The notes beneath the pieces are model-generated. The model was not told where the DNA came from. It did no database searches and worked only from the letters and a program-made list of their open reading frames with translations. A program made the position numbers and the translations under genes. Below, piece after piece: positions 44,861 through 54,310 of a stretch of 64,000 nucleotides of DNA (the first letter of the stretch is position 1; each line of letters starts with the position of its first letter). This DNA is from a bacterium (GTDB lineage: Bacteria > UBP15 > UBA6099 > JAJRTR01), in assembly GCA_024278215.1 (NCBI GenBank), contig JAJRTR010000135.1, positions 11,651 through 75,650 of the forward strand, given 5' to 3'.

Positions 44861-46951
44861 TCAGATTCTCAAGTCGACCGATGCGAGGGTTTTCGCCGCC
44901 CGCACGACCGGCTTCGCTCCGGATGCGGATTTCCTGCGCCTCACTTTCACCCCGACTTTGTTCTGTTCATAAGCTGTTCTTGAAAGAGCTGCGCGCAACT
45001 CGTCGAGATGTTTCTGAATGAACTCTTTCCGGCGCACGTCCTGCACCTCGATATTGAGTTCGATACCCTTGTTTTTATATGTCTGGAAAGTGAACATGGA
45101 AAGGCCGAGAAAATCCGTGTCCAGAACAAGCACGAGGCGGGCGTCGAAGGGATCGAGCGGTTTCGCGTTTTTATTCTTCCTCTGGTTGTCGTCTTCCCTG
45201 CGGTAGATGTTGAGTTTGCCGATGTGGAGCTTGTCGCCGATTTTGTAAGGGAAGAAGGTGACCATCGACTCGATGGGGGTGGCGGCTGTGTGCTGGACGA
45301 CATTGGCGAAGTTGGCGAACTGAAGACCGCGGGCGAGAGTGTGTGCCGACTGTGTGGCCTGATCGCTGCCCGCGTGCGAAGTCAGCATACGGCCAAGCGC
45401 GGCGCGAAGGTCCTGCGTTTCCGTGAAGTTTTTCAGCATGGCGCTCAGGTCCTGCTGGAACTGTGAGTTCCGGAATATTGTTCTGATGCGATCGAGGAGC
45501 GCGCTGCTGTCGGGGTCGGCGGCGAGTTTTTGGAGTCCGTCATCGCCCTGCGCGAGTGCCTCGAGCGCCATTTTCGCCCACTGGTTCGACGCTTCGGAGA
45601 AGTCCTTCATCGGCCGGCTGCCGGCCTTGTTGAACTCGAAGGCGTCGAGCGCAGCGAGACTGGAAAGCAGCGCGAATATTTCCGCTTTCAATGCCGCCGG
45701 GTTCTGTGTCGCCGCGCTGTCGCCGGCAAGTTGGATAATATTGTTGAAACTATCGACGGCGGCGGCGATGTTTTTCGGCAAGGCCGAAAGCGGCGGGTCG
45801 TTTAACGTGGGAACGGCAGATTGTCCGGTCGGCAGAATTGCGGACTCGACCGGCGGGGGCAGCACAGTGACAGGGGGCGGAGGCGCCTGCCTGCCTGTGT
45901 CGGGGGCTGTATCCACCCTTGCAGAATCCGCCGGCGCTTCGCCGCCCATCATATTACGGAGAGTAAGAAGGACCGCCGAGCGCAGGTTCCGGAACCTGGC
46001 GGACGCGCCGGTGCTATCGAGTGCCTGCCGCGCGGCCTGAAGGAAATCCGCGCGCTGCCTGTCGAGAGTGCCGGACTGAAGCTGCATGTCTTCAATCTGC
46101 TGGAGCATGGTGTTGATTTCAGACCCAATGCCTGCGGCCTGCGCCTGGGGCGGCGTGGTGTCGGGGATTATTTTCAAGAGCGACAGGAGTTGATCCATTA
46201 AGCCGCTTTTTGTCTGGCCACCTTCCGATTCTGCGATTCCGAGCGTTATTATCGCCTCGAAACGTGCTTCGGTCGAATGTGTGAATGCGTTGACAAAAGC
46301 GGGCAGTTTTTCGATGATGTCCGTCACGCTGGAAATATCAGGCGGCGGCACACCTGCCTTTGCAGCTACATCCGCACCCTGTTTGATATTCTGCGGCAGT
46401 GCGTCGAGTTCCTGCTTCATCTGCGGGATCAGGCTGATAATCTCTCGCGAGAGAGGCAGTTCCTCTTTGACCATGGCGGCGGCGAAATCTATTGTCTGTT
46501 GCGATGCGTTTGCAGGAAGCGCGTCGATCATCACCGCAATGTTGCCGCGAGTGACCGGCACACCGATATTCAGCAGCGAGCGCGCCATAGCGATCTGCTG
46601 CGGATGCTCGGGCAGATCGAATCCTATGAGGCGCGAGGAAATCATCCCGTCTGTCAGAGGCCTGACGGTCTGTGTGCTGATCTCGCGCGAGCTTATGATC
46701 TGGAGTTGCAGTTTGCCGTTCTGCTCGTGGCCTTTTACGGTCAGCGAGAGTTCGGAATTTCGCTTGAGGGGTACTTCTGATTCGGCAGTGACGATGCGAC
46801 CGTCGATCTCGAGAAGCGCTTTGCCGCCGGAGAAGTCGATCACCTTTGCATTATACGTATGGTGCATCTGGTCTCCGCCGCCCTTGACCGTCGGAAACTC
46901 GGCGGCGTTTGCGGAGAGACTCACTGCTGAATAATCACTGAAAGCTATCAT
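44861..46951 (-). CDS. FliK-like protein (hook-length-control-type C-terminal 'Flg_hook' domain), orphan
   Basis: The C-terminus ...ARLVLVLDTDFLGLSMFTFQTYKNKGIELNIEVQDVRRKEFIQKHLDELRAAL follows the FliK C-terminal pattern. The N-terminal two-thirds are low-complexity and Ala/Gln/Pro-rich, like FliK. No other flagellar genes are present. 696 aa. Confidence 0.45.
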   Translation of the reverse strand: MIAFSDYSAVSLSANAAEFPTVKGGGDQMHHTYNAKVIDFSGGKALLEIDGRIVTAESEVPLKRNSELSLTVKGHEQNGKLQLQIISSREISTQTVRPLTDGMISSRLIGFDLPEHPQQIAMARSLLNIGVPVTRGNIAVMIDALPANASQQTIDFAAAMVKEELPLSREIISLIPQMKQELDALPQNIKQGADVAAKAGVPPPDISSVTDIIEKLPAFVNAFTHSTEARFEAIITLGIAESEGGQTKSGLMDQLLSLLKIIPDTTPPQAQAAGIGSEINTMLQQIEDMQLQSGTLDRQRADFLQAARQALDSTGASARFRNLRSAVLLTLRNMMGGEAPADSARVDTAPDTGRQAPPPPVTVLPPPVESAILPTGQSAVPTLNDPPLSALPKNIAAAVDSFNNIIQLAGDSAATQNPAALKAEIFALLSSLAALDAFEFNKAGSRPMKDFSEASNQWAKMALEALAQGDDGLQKLAADPDSSALLDRIRTIFRNSQFQQDLSAMLKNFTETQDLRAALGRMLTSHAGSDQATQSAHTLARGLQFANFANVVQHTAATPIESMVTFFPYKIGDKLHIGKLNIYRREDDNQRKNKNAKPLDPFDARLVLVLDTDFLGLSMFTFQTYKNKGIELNIEVQDVRRKEFIQKHLDELRAALSRTAYEQNKVGVKVRRRKSASGAKPVVRAAKTLASVDLRI

Positions 46952-47469
46952 TTTACTTATCCTGAATCGAAGTTGATTGTTAAGTATTGGTCAAGACCTT
47001 ATCACGCTGTAAGCGTCGACATGTTGGCACCGAAAATATCATTCAACAGAAGGGTGTCTCCGGCATTCTCTTCTAAATTCCCAGTATGGAAAACAACTTC
47101 ATTGCTGCAAAAAAACTTGTGAACTCATTGATCGTAATACCACAACTTTGAATTTCATATCAACATCCCTGACGCATATTTCACCATTGCGTGTGAGAAA
47201 CCAATCCTGTATAAATTATAACTTAACTTGTGCGTTTTTGAATTTTCAATCAGATTTTCCGGTGCATTACCGGAATTTTCCATTGAATTCCGAATCGTGT
47301 TTTTACGGTAAGAAAACCGGTCGGACGTGTTGCACATCCCCTATACATATATAACGGCAAATATCGAAGGATACTTAATTTAAATGGAATAAAGGCCCCG
47401 GGGGGGTGTGGCAGGGTCTCTATAGTGTGACCCTGCATGTGAATTGTCCGGGTGTTGCTGGAGGCGTCA

Positions 47470-47850
47470 TCAGTCCAGTGTGCTGCCGATGATTTCCCTG
47501 ACCTTTGCGATGAGTTCGTCGGGTTCGATGGGTTTGTCGAATACGGCGACCGCGCCGCTGACGGCGAGGTCGCGACCCGCGAGACCACTGATGATGATGA
47601 CCGGCGTATTCTTGAAATCTTTATTCTTCATAAGCGCTCGAAAAAAACGTGTGCCGGTCTCGTTGGGCATCTCGAGGTCGAGCGTTATCAGGTCGGGCTT
47701 GCAGTCGTCGAGCAATCGTTGCGCTATTTCGCCGTCCGCGGCGACACACGTGTCATAATCGTGGTTCTCGAAAAGCGTCTGGAGGAAAATCCTTACATCC
47801 TCTTCGTCGTCAACAATCAATATCGTTTTTTTTCTGTCTTCATCCGTCAT
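47470..47850 (-). CDS. single-domain response regulator (CheY-like receiver)
   Basis: ILIVDDEED...DLITLDLEMP...VIIISG...FDKP has all canonical receiver residues. An RBS AAGGAGA lies 7 nt upstream of the ATG at 47850. The ORF-track start at 47904 lacks an RBS. Confidence 0.8.
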   Translation of the reverse strand: MTDEDRKKTILIVDDEEDVRIFLQTLFENHDYDTCVAADGEIAQRLLDDCKPDLITLDLEMPNETGTRFFRALMKNKDFKNTPVIIISGLAGRDLAVSGAVAVFDKPIEPDELIAKVREIIGSTLD

Positions 47851-48073
47851 GACATCTTCTCCTTGTCGAATGTATCCTGTAGCGCAAACCGGGCGCAGGG
47901 ACATGGCGCGCGTCTTCTAATGTTCGAGTGTCGTATCGTCATTATCGAACAGAAACCTGAAAAAATACACGAAAGAGATCAGAAATATCACTCCGAGCAG
48001 GTATTCTATTCCCTTTGTGTGATAGAAAAACTCCTGTAGCGTATACATTTATCGAATGTCCTTCCGGTTGATG

Positions 48074-49276
48074 TTAGTTCGCCTGCGCCGGAGCTGTATG
48101 CGTGTCGGCGCGGGCGCGATGCGCGGCTTCCAGGTCGTCTGTGAGGATGGGCATCCGGTTGACGATCCACCTGAAGGCGAGTATGCCGATTGTGACGAGC
48201 ATCATAGAGATCATGATCTCGCCGAAACTCGGGAAATAGCGTTCCGCCGCGGGCAGTTTCCAGTTGAATGCTATTATACTGATATTGAAGCGGTTCAGGA
48301 CGATGCCGAGAATAGCGATAACACTCGTGACTTTGACCAGCGTCGCGTTTTCGGTCCGCGCGCCCACGGCGTAAAGGATGCAGGGCAGCAGGATGAAGCC
48401 GAGCATCTCGACGAGGAACCAGTAGCCGTAGGGCGTGTCGAGCAGGTCCCAGTGGTTGCCGTGCGCCACGCCGAGTACTTTTATGCCGAAGTATCCGAAC
48501 ATCATGAGTGAGGCGGCCTTTGCCAGCCCGACGACGATCCTGTCGTGGTTGAAGTGTTCGCCCCTGCTGATAATATTCTTAAAAACATTGTGAGACAGCG
48601 TCGACTCGAAAATCACCATCGAAAGCCCCGCGATTATGCTCGATATGAAGAAGTAAACAGGGATATAGGGCGAGTACCAGAGCGGGTGAATCTTGTCCGG
48701 GGCGATAAGAAACATGGAGCCGAGCGACGACTGGTGCAGTGTGGAAAGCACGACACCGAGAATGGTCAGCGCGAGTGTCATCTTTATGAACAGCCTGTGC
48801 AGCGCGGTCCATTTCAGCCAGGCGAACACGCTGGGCACGAATTCGAGGAACAGCACTGTCAGGTACAGCCCCACGCAGGCCGCCACTTCGAACATAACGG
48901 ATGTGTAGCCGTGCGAAACGAGGAACGGATAAGGCATTCGCCAGGGTCGCCCGACATCGAAGACGAGCCCGACGGCCACAAGGAAATAGCCGAGGAAACC
49001 GGTGAGTATCGCTGGCCTGACTACGGGATGATATTCCTTCATGCCGAAGATGTATACAATGGTGGAGATCGTGTAGCCGCCCGCCGCGAGCGCGACACCG
49101 CACAATACGTCGAACCCGATCCATATACCGAACGGATTGTTATCTGTAAGGTTGGTCACAGCGCCGAGGCCGCCGGTGAAGCGCATGATGGTGAAATAGC
49201 CGCCTATCGCGAGTATTACGCCCGCGATTATATTGAACGGTGTGAATATCGGTGCTTTTGTTTCGTTCATTTCCAC
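48074..49276 (-). CDS. NrfD/PsrC-family integral membrane quinone-interacting subunit (HmcC/DsrP-like)
   Basis: 400 aa with about 10 transmembrane segments and an NrfD-type topology. Adjacent to a Tat-exported 4Fe-4S protein gene. Confidence 0.7.
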   Translation of the reverse strand: MEMNETKAPIFTPFNIIAGVILAIGGYFTIMRFTGGLGAVTNLTDNNPFGIWIGFDVLCGVALAAGGYTISTIVYIFGMKEYHPVVRPAILTGFLGYFLVAVGLVFDVGRPWRMPYPFLVSHGYTSVMFEVAACVGLYLTVLFLEFVPSVFAWLKWTALHRLFIKMTLALTILGVVLSTLHQSSLGSMFLIAPDKIHPLWYSPYIPVYFFISSIIAGLSMVIFESTLSHNVFKNIISRGEHFNHDRIVVGLAKAASLMMFGYFGIKVLGVAHGNHWDLLDTPYGYWFLVEMLGFILLPCILYAVGARTENATLVKVTSVIAILGIVLNRFNISIIAFNWKLPAAERYFPSFGEIMISMMLVTIGILAFRWIVNRMPILTDDLEAAHRARADTHTAPAQAN

Positions 49277-49349
49277 TCCTTCTCAGGTGAGCCGGCGACC
49301 GGGTTATGTTCTGCCGCGTCCGTCCGCGACCGGCCCGGTCGATCTCATG

Positions 49350-50423
49350 TTATTCGCCGCCCTTTTCATCGCCGGTATCCGCCGCCTTTTCAAGGGCTTC
49401 CTTCACTGCCGCCTGTATAGCTCTCTTCTGGTCTCTTTCGGCCTTTTTCTGTGCTTTCTTAAGCGCGACGGCCTGCGCCTTATCGGCCCTGGCCTGCACA
49501 TCGGTCGTCGTCTCGGCAATCGCGGTCGATACAGCGTTCCGGCGCTCTTCCTCGGCTATCTGCCTGCGGCGGTTCGACATGTAATATATGCCGCCAAGCA
49601 ACACCGGCCACAGCATCACGATTACCGGAACGGACGCGAGCGCGCCTTTCGTATACTTCGGATACGGCGTTCGCGCGTAATCCGTCGACATATCCACCTG
49701 GTCGAACGGCACGGGCGACAGGTACATCCAGCTTGTGCCGCCCACTTCGAATTCTCCGTATACGTGGTCGATATATTTATCCGGGTTATCCATGATTCGT
49801 TTCTTCGCGATCTTCAGCAGGTCCGACCGTTTGCCGAAGGTGATAGCTTCCATCGGGCAGGCCTCGGCGCAGGCGGGCGCGCCGCCCTCTCCCATTATCT
49901 TGTCGTAGCACATCGTGCATTTCATGACACGCGGTGTCAGCGGTTCGTCATATTCGTAGGCCGGTATGTAAAACGGGCAGGACACGATGCAGTAGCGGCA
50001 GCCGACACACAGGCTTGCGTCGTACACGACCGGTCCCTCTTTCGTCTTCTTGAGCGCCATTACAAAACAGGCCGACACGCAGGCAGGCTCGTTGCAATGG
50101 TTGCACTGTATCTTCCTGAACACCGGCTTCCCGTTTTCAGTAGCGTATTTGTTGACGACAGTGTACGCCTTCGCGGTCGTCCTGCGTTTCGTTTCGAGGA
50201 CGGACAGATCGTTGAACGGAACATCCGGCGCGGGCAGCTTGTTCTGCTTGTTGCACGCCGCTTCGCAGGTGCGGCAGCCGACGCAGCGGCTGAGGTCTGT
50301 CAGCATACCATAGCGGTCCGGGTATCCGTCGAAGTTTTCTGCGGCAAGCAGCTTGTCGGCGCCGGCAACTGTGCCCGCGCCCGCCGTCAGCGCCCCGAGG
50401 AAATTTCTGCGTGAGATACTCAT
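49350..50423 (-). CDS. Tat-exported 4Fe-4S ferredoxin-type iron-sulfur subunit with C-terminal TM anchor (HybA/HmcB/DsrO-like)
   Basis: Twin-arginine signal SRRNFLGAL. Four ferredoxin-type clusters of Cys (CVGCRTCEAAC, CNHCNEPACVSAC, CVGCRYCIVSCP, CTMC...C). A C-terminal transmembrane segment and a charged tail. Confidence 0.75.
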   Translation of the reverse strand: MSISRRNFLGALTAGAGTVAGADKLLAAENFDGYPDRYGMLTDLSRCVGCRTCEAACNKQNKLPAPDVPFNDLSVLETKRRTTAKAYTVVNKYATENGKPVFRKIQCNHCNEPACVSACFVMALKKTKEGPVVYDASLCVGCRYCIVSCPFYIPAYEYDEPLTPRVMKCTMCYDKIMGEGGAPACAEACPMEAITFGKRSDLLKIAKKRIMDNPDKYIDHVYGEFEVGGTSWMYLSPVPFDQVDMSTDYARTPYPKYTKGALASVPVIVMLWPVLLGGIYYMSNRRRQIAEEERRNAVSTAIAETTTDVQARADKAQAVALKKAQKKAERDQKRAIQAAVKEALEKAADTGDEKGGE

Positions 50424-50581
50424 TTATTCTCCTCCACCGGTTTCCCTTGTACTCCCGGTTACTCTCTTGAGCCGATTGCATTATTCCGTCCATCATCGGT
50501 CGGCTGCAATCAGCCATCCTGCGTATTCCTGCTGTATATTCGACTCCACATTCGAGTCGGCCTGCTTATTCATTCGACCGT

Positions 50582-52093
50582 TCATTTCGGCAAAGGCGAA
50601 TCTTTATCTTTGTGACATTCGCCGCAATCGCTCTTGTCGCTGATACCCATCTCCTCATGGCAACCTATGCACTTGAGATGGAACGCGCCCCGCAGGCCCG
50701 GCCTGTCGGCGGGCAGGGCGTCAAACGGTCCCGAGTGGCATTTCGCGCATGTCGGCGTCGTATCACCCGGCGGGCTGTTGTGGTGGCACGATTGGCATAT
50801 CACCGGCCTGTCGCCGTGGAACACGTTCGACATTTTATCGTCGCGCGCTATTTCGCTGAGTTTCCGCACTACCTGCAAGTGCGGGAACGACACCGGCTGC
50901 AACTGGTCGGCGGCCGAATCTATCATTATTGTTTCAGGCAGATCGTCAGGAATCCGCGCCACCGGATTGTGCAGGGGCCGCGCGACAAGCTGGTTGTCGA
51001 CCGGCCCTGTATGGCAGACGTCGCACGACAATTCCGCGGGACCCGCGGGCAACGTGTCGTGGCAGCCTGCGCACTTTTCCTGTTTCTTCACCTTTTCGTG
51101 GCAACCCACGCAACTGCGCGGCGAGGCGGAGTCGTGGTATGCGTCCGTAAGGATGACACCGCCGCCCTCTTCGCTCGGTTTGGACGTATGGCACTCGTCG
51201 CAGGCTTCCAGCTTTTCATGGTGACACGCCCGGCAGTTGACCGCCACCTGTTCGTGTGCCTTATGATTGAACGGCACCGCCGGAAATGTCTTGTCCGCGA
51301 CTTCGATCAGCGGCATATCCTTCTGGCCCCTGTCGAGACGCGGTACATCGCTCATGTCGGCCAGCAGAGAAGTGAAAGACGGCATGTCGTGGCAGCCCGC
51401 GCAATCGGTCGGCCCGGCGGGTTTGCCCTTTTCGCTCTCGTTCACGTGGCACGTCACACATTTCTCATGCGCCGCGGTCCTAAGCGAGACGATCTCCTTC
51501 GAGCCGTCGCGATCGTGACAGTCGCGACACGAAGACTCGGCGCCCTTTATATACACCAGCTCTTTAGTGGCGGGGTCCTGCTTGTGGTGACATACGCTGC
51601 AATCTTTGTCGAAAGCCTCGACATGCTTGTTGTGCTGCCTCATGTCGAGTTCTATGGGATTAAACTTTTTTTGCGTGTAGCGGCCCGGCCTCAAGTGACA
51701 TTCGCCGCACTGGTCGACCGGCCCACTGCCTTTCTCTTCGGGGCAGCCGATGCACTTATCGTGATACTCTTTTTCATATTCCGCCTTATCGCCGCCTTCC
51801 GCCGGAGTGTATACCTTTAATATCAGGTATCCGTTTTCCCCGGTCGCGTGGCAGGTGGCGCAGCCGTCTTCCTTCGCCGCCCGTTCGCGGTGCGCGGGGT
51901 GGTCGAATGCCACAGGAGCGCGTTCGGCCACGCCCATGCCGGCGGGCATCTCGATTGTCAGCAAACGCTTCGCTTCCTCGCCGGCGGTCCCGCGCTCCCC
52001 GCCCCGGACGTTCACGATCAGGCCGGTCAGAACAAGCGCCGTAAACGCAATTAAGAGAATCACACCCGCTGCATCTGATATTTTGTTTCCCAT
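50582..52093 (-). CDS. multiheme c-type cytochrome, ~15-16 hemes (HmcA-like)
   Basis: N-terminal transmembrane segment or signal. I count 15 CxxCH motifs (CATCH, CGECH, CSVCH, CRDCH, CVTCH, CAGCH, CRACH, CDECH, CVGCH, CAGCH, CDVCH, CQSCH, CAKCH, CIGCH, CGECH) plus one CxxCP variant. Confidence 0.85.
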   Translation of the reverse strand: MGNKISDAAGVILLIAFTALVLTGLIVNVRGGERGTAGEEAKRLLTIEMPAGMGVAERAPVAFDHPAHRERAAKEDGCATCHATGENGYLILKVYTPAEGGDKAEYEKEYHDKCIGCPEEKGSGPVDQCGECHLRPGRYTQKKFNPIELDMRQHNKHVEAFDKDCSVCHHKQDPATKELVYIKGAESSCRDCHDRDGSKEIVSLRTAAHEKCVTCHVNESEKGKPAGPTDCAGCHDMPSFTSLLADMSDVPRLDRGQKDMPLIEVADKTFPAVPFNHKAHEQVAVNCRACHHEKLEACDECHTSKPSEEGGGVILTDAYHDSASPRSCVGCHEKVKKQEKCAGCHDTLPAGPAELSCDVCHTGPVDNQLVARPLHNPVARIPDDLPETIMIDSAADQLQPVSFPHLQVVRKLSEIARDDKMSNVFHGDRPVICQSCHHNSPPGDTTPTCAKCHSGPFDALPADRPGLRGAFHLKCIGCHEEMGISDKSDCGECHKDKDSPLPK

Positions 52094-52148
52094 ATTCAGT
52101 TCCCTTGGTTTCCGTTAAATGTTCTCAATCCTTCTCCGGCACCTGTTT

Positions 52149-53492
52149 TCAATCGCCGCCCGGTCTCAGGTGTTCCGGTATCTCCATGCACCCCTCGTCT
52201 ACAAGCAGTTCGCTGATGAACTTCACATGTGTGCCGGGCGCGTATTCCTTAATAATGTCTTCGATGCCGCTGTGGCAGTTGTGGCAGGGGGTCACGACCA
52301 CCTCGGCCCCGGTCGCGTTTATCTGGTCGCCTTTGGTCCTGTTGGCGACTACCCTGTTTCTCGTCCAGGGCGGGCCGCAGTTGATGACCCCGCCGCCCGC
52401 GCCGCAACAGTAGTTATGCTCGAATCTCGGGTTCATGTCCCTGAAATCCTCGCACAGCCAGTTCATCAGGTCGCGCAGCTTGCCGCCCAGCCCCCGGCCG
52501 CGCACCGTGTTGCAGGGGTCCTGCACTGTGACGGGCTTTTTGAACTTTTTAACGATCTTGATCTTTCCGCTTGTTATCAGGTCGTGGTAGAACTCGATCG
52601 CGTGAATCACCGGCACAGCCGGATACGCCTGACCGATATGCCTTGGGCCGTCGTACACCGCGCCGCGGAATGCGTGCCCGCACTCGCCCATGACGATCTT
52701 TTTGACTTTCAGGCGCATCGCCGTCTCGTGGTGCAGCCGCTCGAGGCGACCGCTCGACTCGAAGTCGCCCGAGTACATCGCCATGTTGCTGTTGTCCCAG
52801 CCGTCGGTGGCGGGCATCGTCCAGTCCAGGCCGGCCACGGCGAATATCACCGCCGCGTTCGCCAGCAACTGCGCCAGTATCTTCGGCTCCGGCGCAATGA
52901 CCGAGTACATTATGTCCGCGCCTTCCTTCTCCAGTGGTATCCGCGCCGTCTTCACCACTTTCTGCGCGTCTTCCTCCTGCCACTGAAGCGTGTCGATCCA
53001 CTCGTCCTGCTGCACCCACATCTGGTTATAGGTGACCGAGTGGCTGTTTGTCGTATCCTGAAGGTACATCGGCACCACGCCCAGCATGCTGCATATCCGC
53101 CGCACGACCATCAACAGGTATGCTATGTCAATGCCGAACGGACAGTACATGCTGCACCTGCGGCAGCCGCCACACTCGATATACGCTATGCGCGCGGCCA
53201 GCTTCATGAACTCCGGCGACACTTTGCAGTCTTTCTTGAATATCTCCACAAGCGTGTCTTTCACCTTGGCGACCGGAGCATACTTCGGGTCCATATCGTG
53301 CGAGATGCACTGGTGGCACGCTGTCGCGCACAGGCCGCAATGCACGCACGTGTCCATGTAGACCTTGAGGCGCGCGCCGCATTCCTTGTCCAGCGCAAAC
53401 CGAATCGTCTCCTTGATCTTCTCCGGAGTAAGTTTCTTTATCGATTCATCAAGACCATCGTCTTTAACTTCGGGCCTCGGTTCGTATTTCAT
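52149..53492 (-). CDS. HdrD-like Fe-S protein with two [4Fe-4S] ferredoxin motifs and CCG domains (HmcF/DsrK/TmcB-like)
   Basis: CVHCGLCATAC and CGGCRRCSMYCP ferredoxin motifs. The C-terminal Cys-rich CCG-type motifs are CGHAFRG, DPCNTVRG, NYCCGAGGG and PCHNCH. Cytoplasmic, no signal peptide. Confidence 0.7.
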   Translation of the reverse strand: MKYEPRPEVKDDGLDESIKKLTPEKIKETIRFALDKECGARLKVYMDTCVHCGLCATACHQCISHDMDPKYAPVAKVKDTLVEIFKKDCKVSPEFMKLAARIAYIECGGCRRCSMYCPFGIDIAYLLMVVRRICSMLGVVPMYLQDTTNSHSVTYNQMWVQQDEWIDTLQWQEEDAQKVVKTARIPLEKEGADIMYSVIAPEPKILAQLLANAAVIFAVAGLDWTMPATDGWDNSNMAMYSGDFESSGRLERLHHETAMRLKVKKIVMGECGHAFRGAVYDGPRHIGQAYPAVPVIHAIEFYHDLITSGKIKIVKKFKKPVTVQDPCNTVRGRGLGGKLRDLMNWLCEDFRDMNPRFEHNYCCGAGGGVINCGPPWTRNRVVANRTKGDQINATGAEVVVTPCHNCHSGIEDIIKEYAPGTHVKFISELLVDEGCMEIPEHLRPGGD

Positions 53493-53525
53493 TGTGTTTT
53501 CTCCTTATTGTCGCTCCTGAATTTG

Positions 53526-54161
53526 TCACCAGTCTCTCGCGTTCCGGACGAAACCGAATTCGCAGGCCATATATGCACGGGTGAACACGAAATAGAGCAT
53601 GTGCGCAATTCGCGTGAAGGGGATCATCATCAGCATCAGGCAGCCCGACAGCATGTGTATTGTGATTACCGTGCCGTAGTCGAACCACTGGTGATAGGCC
53701 AGAAACCCGGTGATATAAGGAAGCGTGACAAACAGCAACAGCGCGTAGTCGGCCGCCGATGTGACATTCTTCACATAAGGCACAAGTATCCGCCGCTGGA
53801 GAAAATATACACCGCCGACGATTACTATTACCGTCATCAGGTCCGCAAGCCGGCCGGGCAGCGTTGGGAACTGTATGCCCCATATCTTCCAGTGAGCCGC
53901 CAGCAGCAGCGGCGTCGCTATCAGGCATATATGGAACAGAAACGCATACGCCGTCATAACCGGGTTGATCCTCATACCCCTGGTGCCGTAAGGCAGCAGC
54001 CAGTGTTTGAGCGACCGCAGACTGAAGCTCAGCCGCATATACGGCATTATCACTTTTTCCTGTTTCGCCGCCTTTATCATCGCTGTTATTTTGTAGACGC
54101 TGCCCGCGATCATCACGAAGAAGGCTATCCAGACTAAAGGCCCGCTGATAAAATCCTGCAT
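53526..54161 (-). CDS. membrane di-heme cytochrome b, NarI/HdrE-like (HmcE/DsrM-like)
   Basis: 211 aa, 5-6 transmembrane segments, conserved His in TM2 and TM5. Directly upstream of and co-directional with the HdrD-like gene. Confidence 0.6.
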   Translation of the reverse strand: MQDFISGPLVWIAFFVMIAGSVYKITAMIKAAKQEKVIMPYMRLSFSLRSLKHWLLPYGTRGMRINPVMTAYAFLFHICLIATPLLLAAHWKIWGIQFPTLPGRLADLMTVIVIVGGVYFLQRRILVPYVKNVTSAADYALLLFVTLPYITGFLAYHQWFDYGTVITIHMLSGCLMLMMIPFTRIAHMLYFVFTRAYMACEFGFVRNARDW

Positions 54162-54310
54162 TTGGTTTCCCTCGACTCCTTTTCCGGTCCTGTCACAACC
54201 CGGATCCGGATTATTTTTCTTATCCAGTGCATTACAAGTGAACGCCGGGCATTCGACCGGTGAGTACGGGCCGGAGAACCCCGGATCGACAAAAAACGCA
54301 CAAACTTCAG

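Noticed and set aside
44572-46951. Calling the FlhB-C/FliK-like pair evidence of a flagellum or injectisome
   Set aside because: No basal-body, export-gate or ATPase genes are present in 64 kb. Kept as an orphan pair of unknown function rather than a secretion system.
49233-54137. Several long plus-strand ORFs (49233-50414, 50612-51820, 52119-54137)
   Set aside because: All are antisense to the minus-strand redox operon. Its products carry unmistakable CxxCH, ferredoxin and CCG motifs. The plus-frame translations are Arg/His-rich nonsense.
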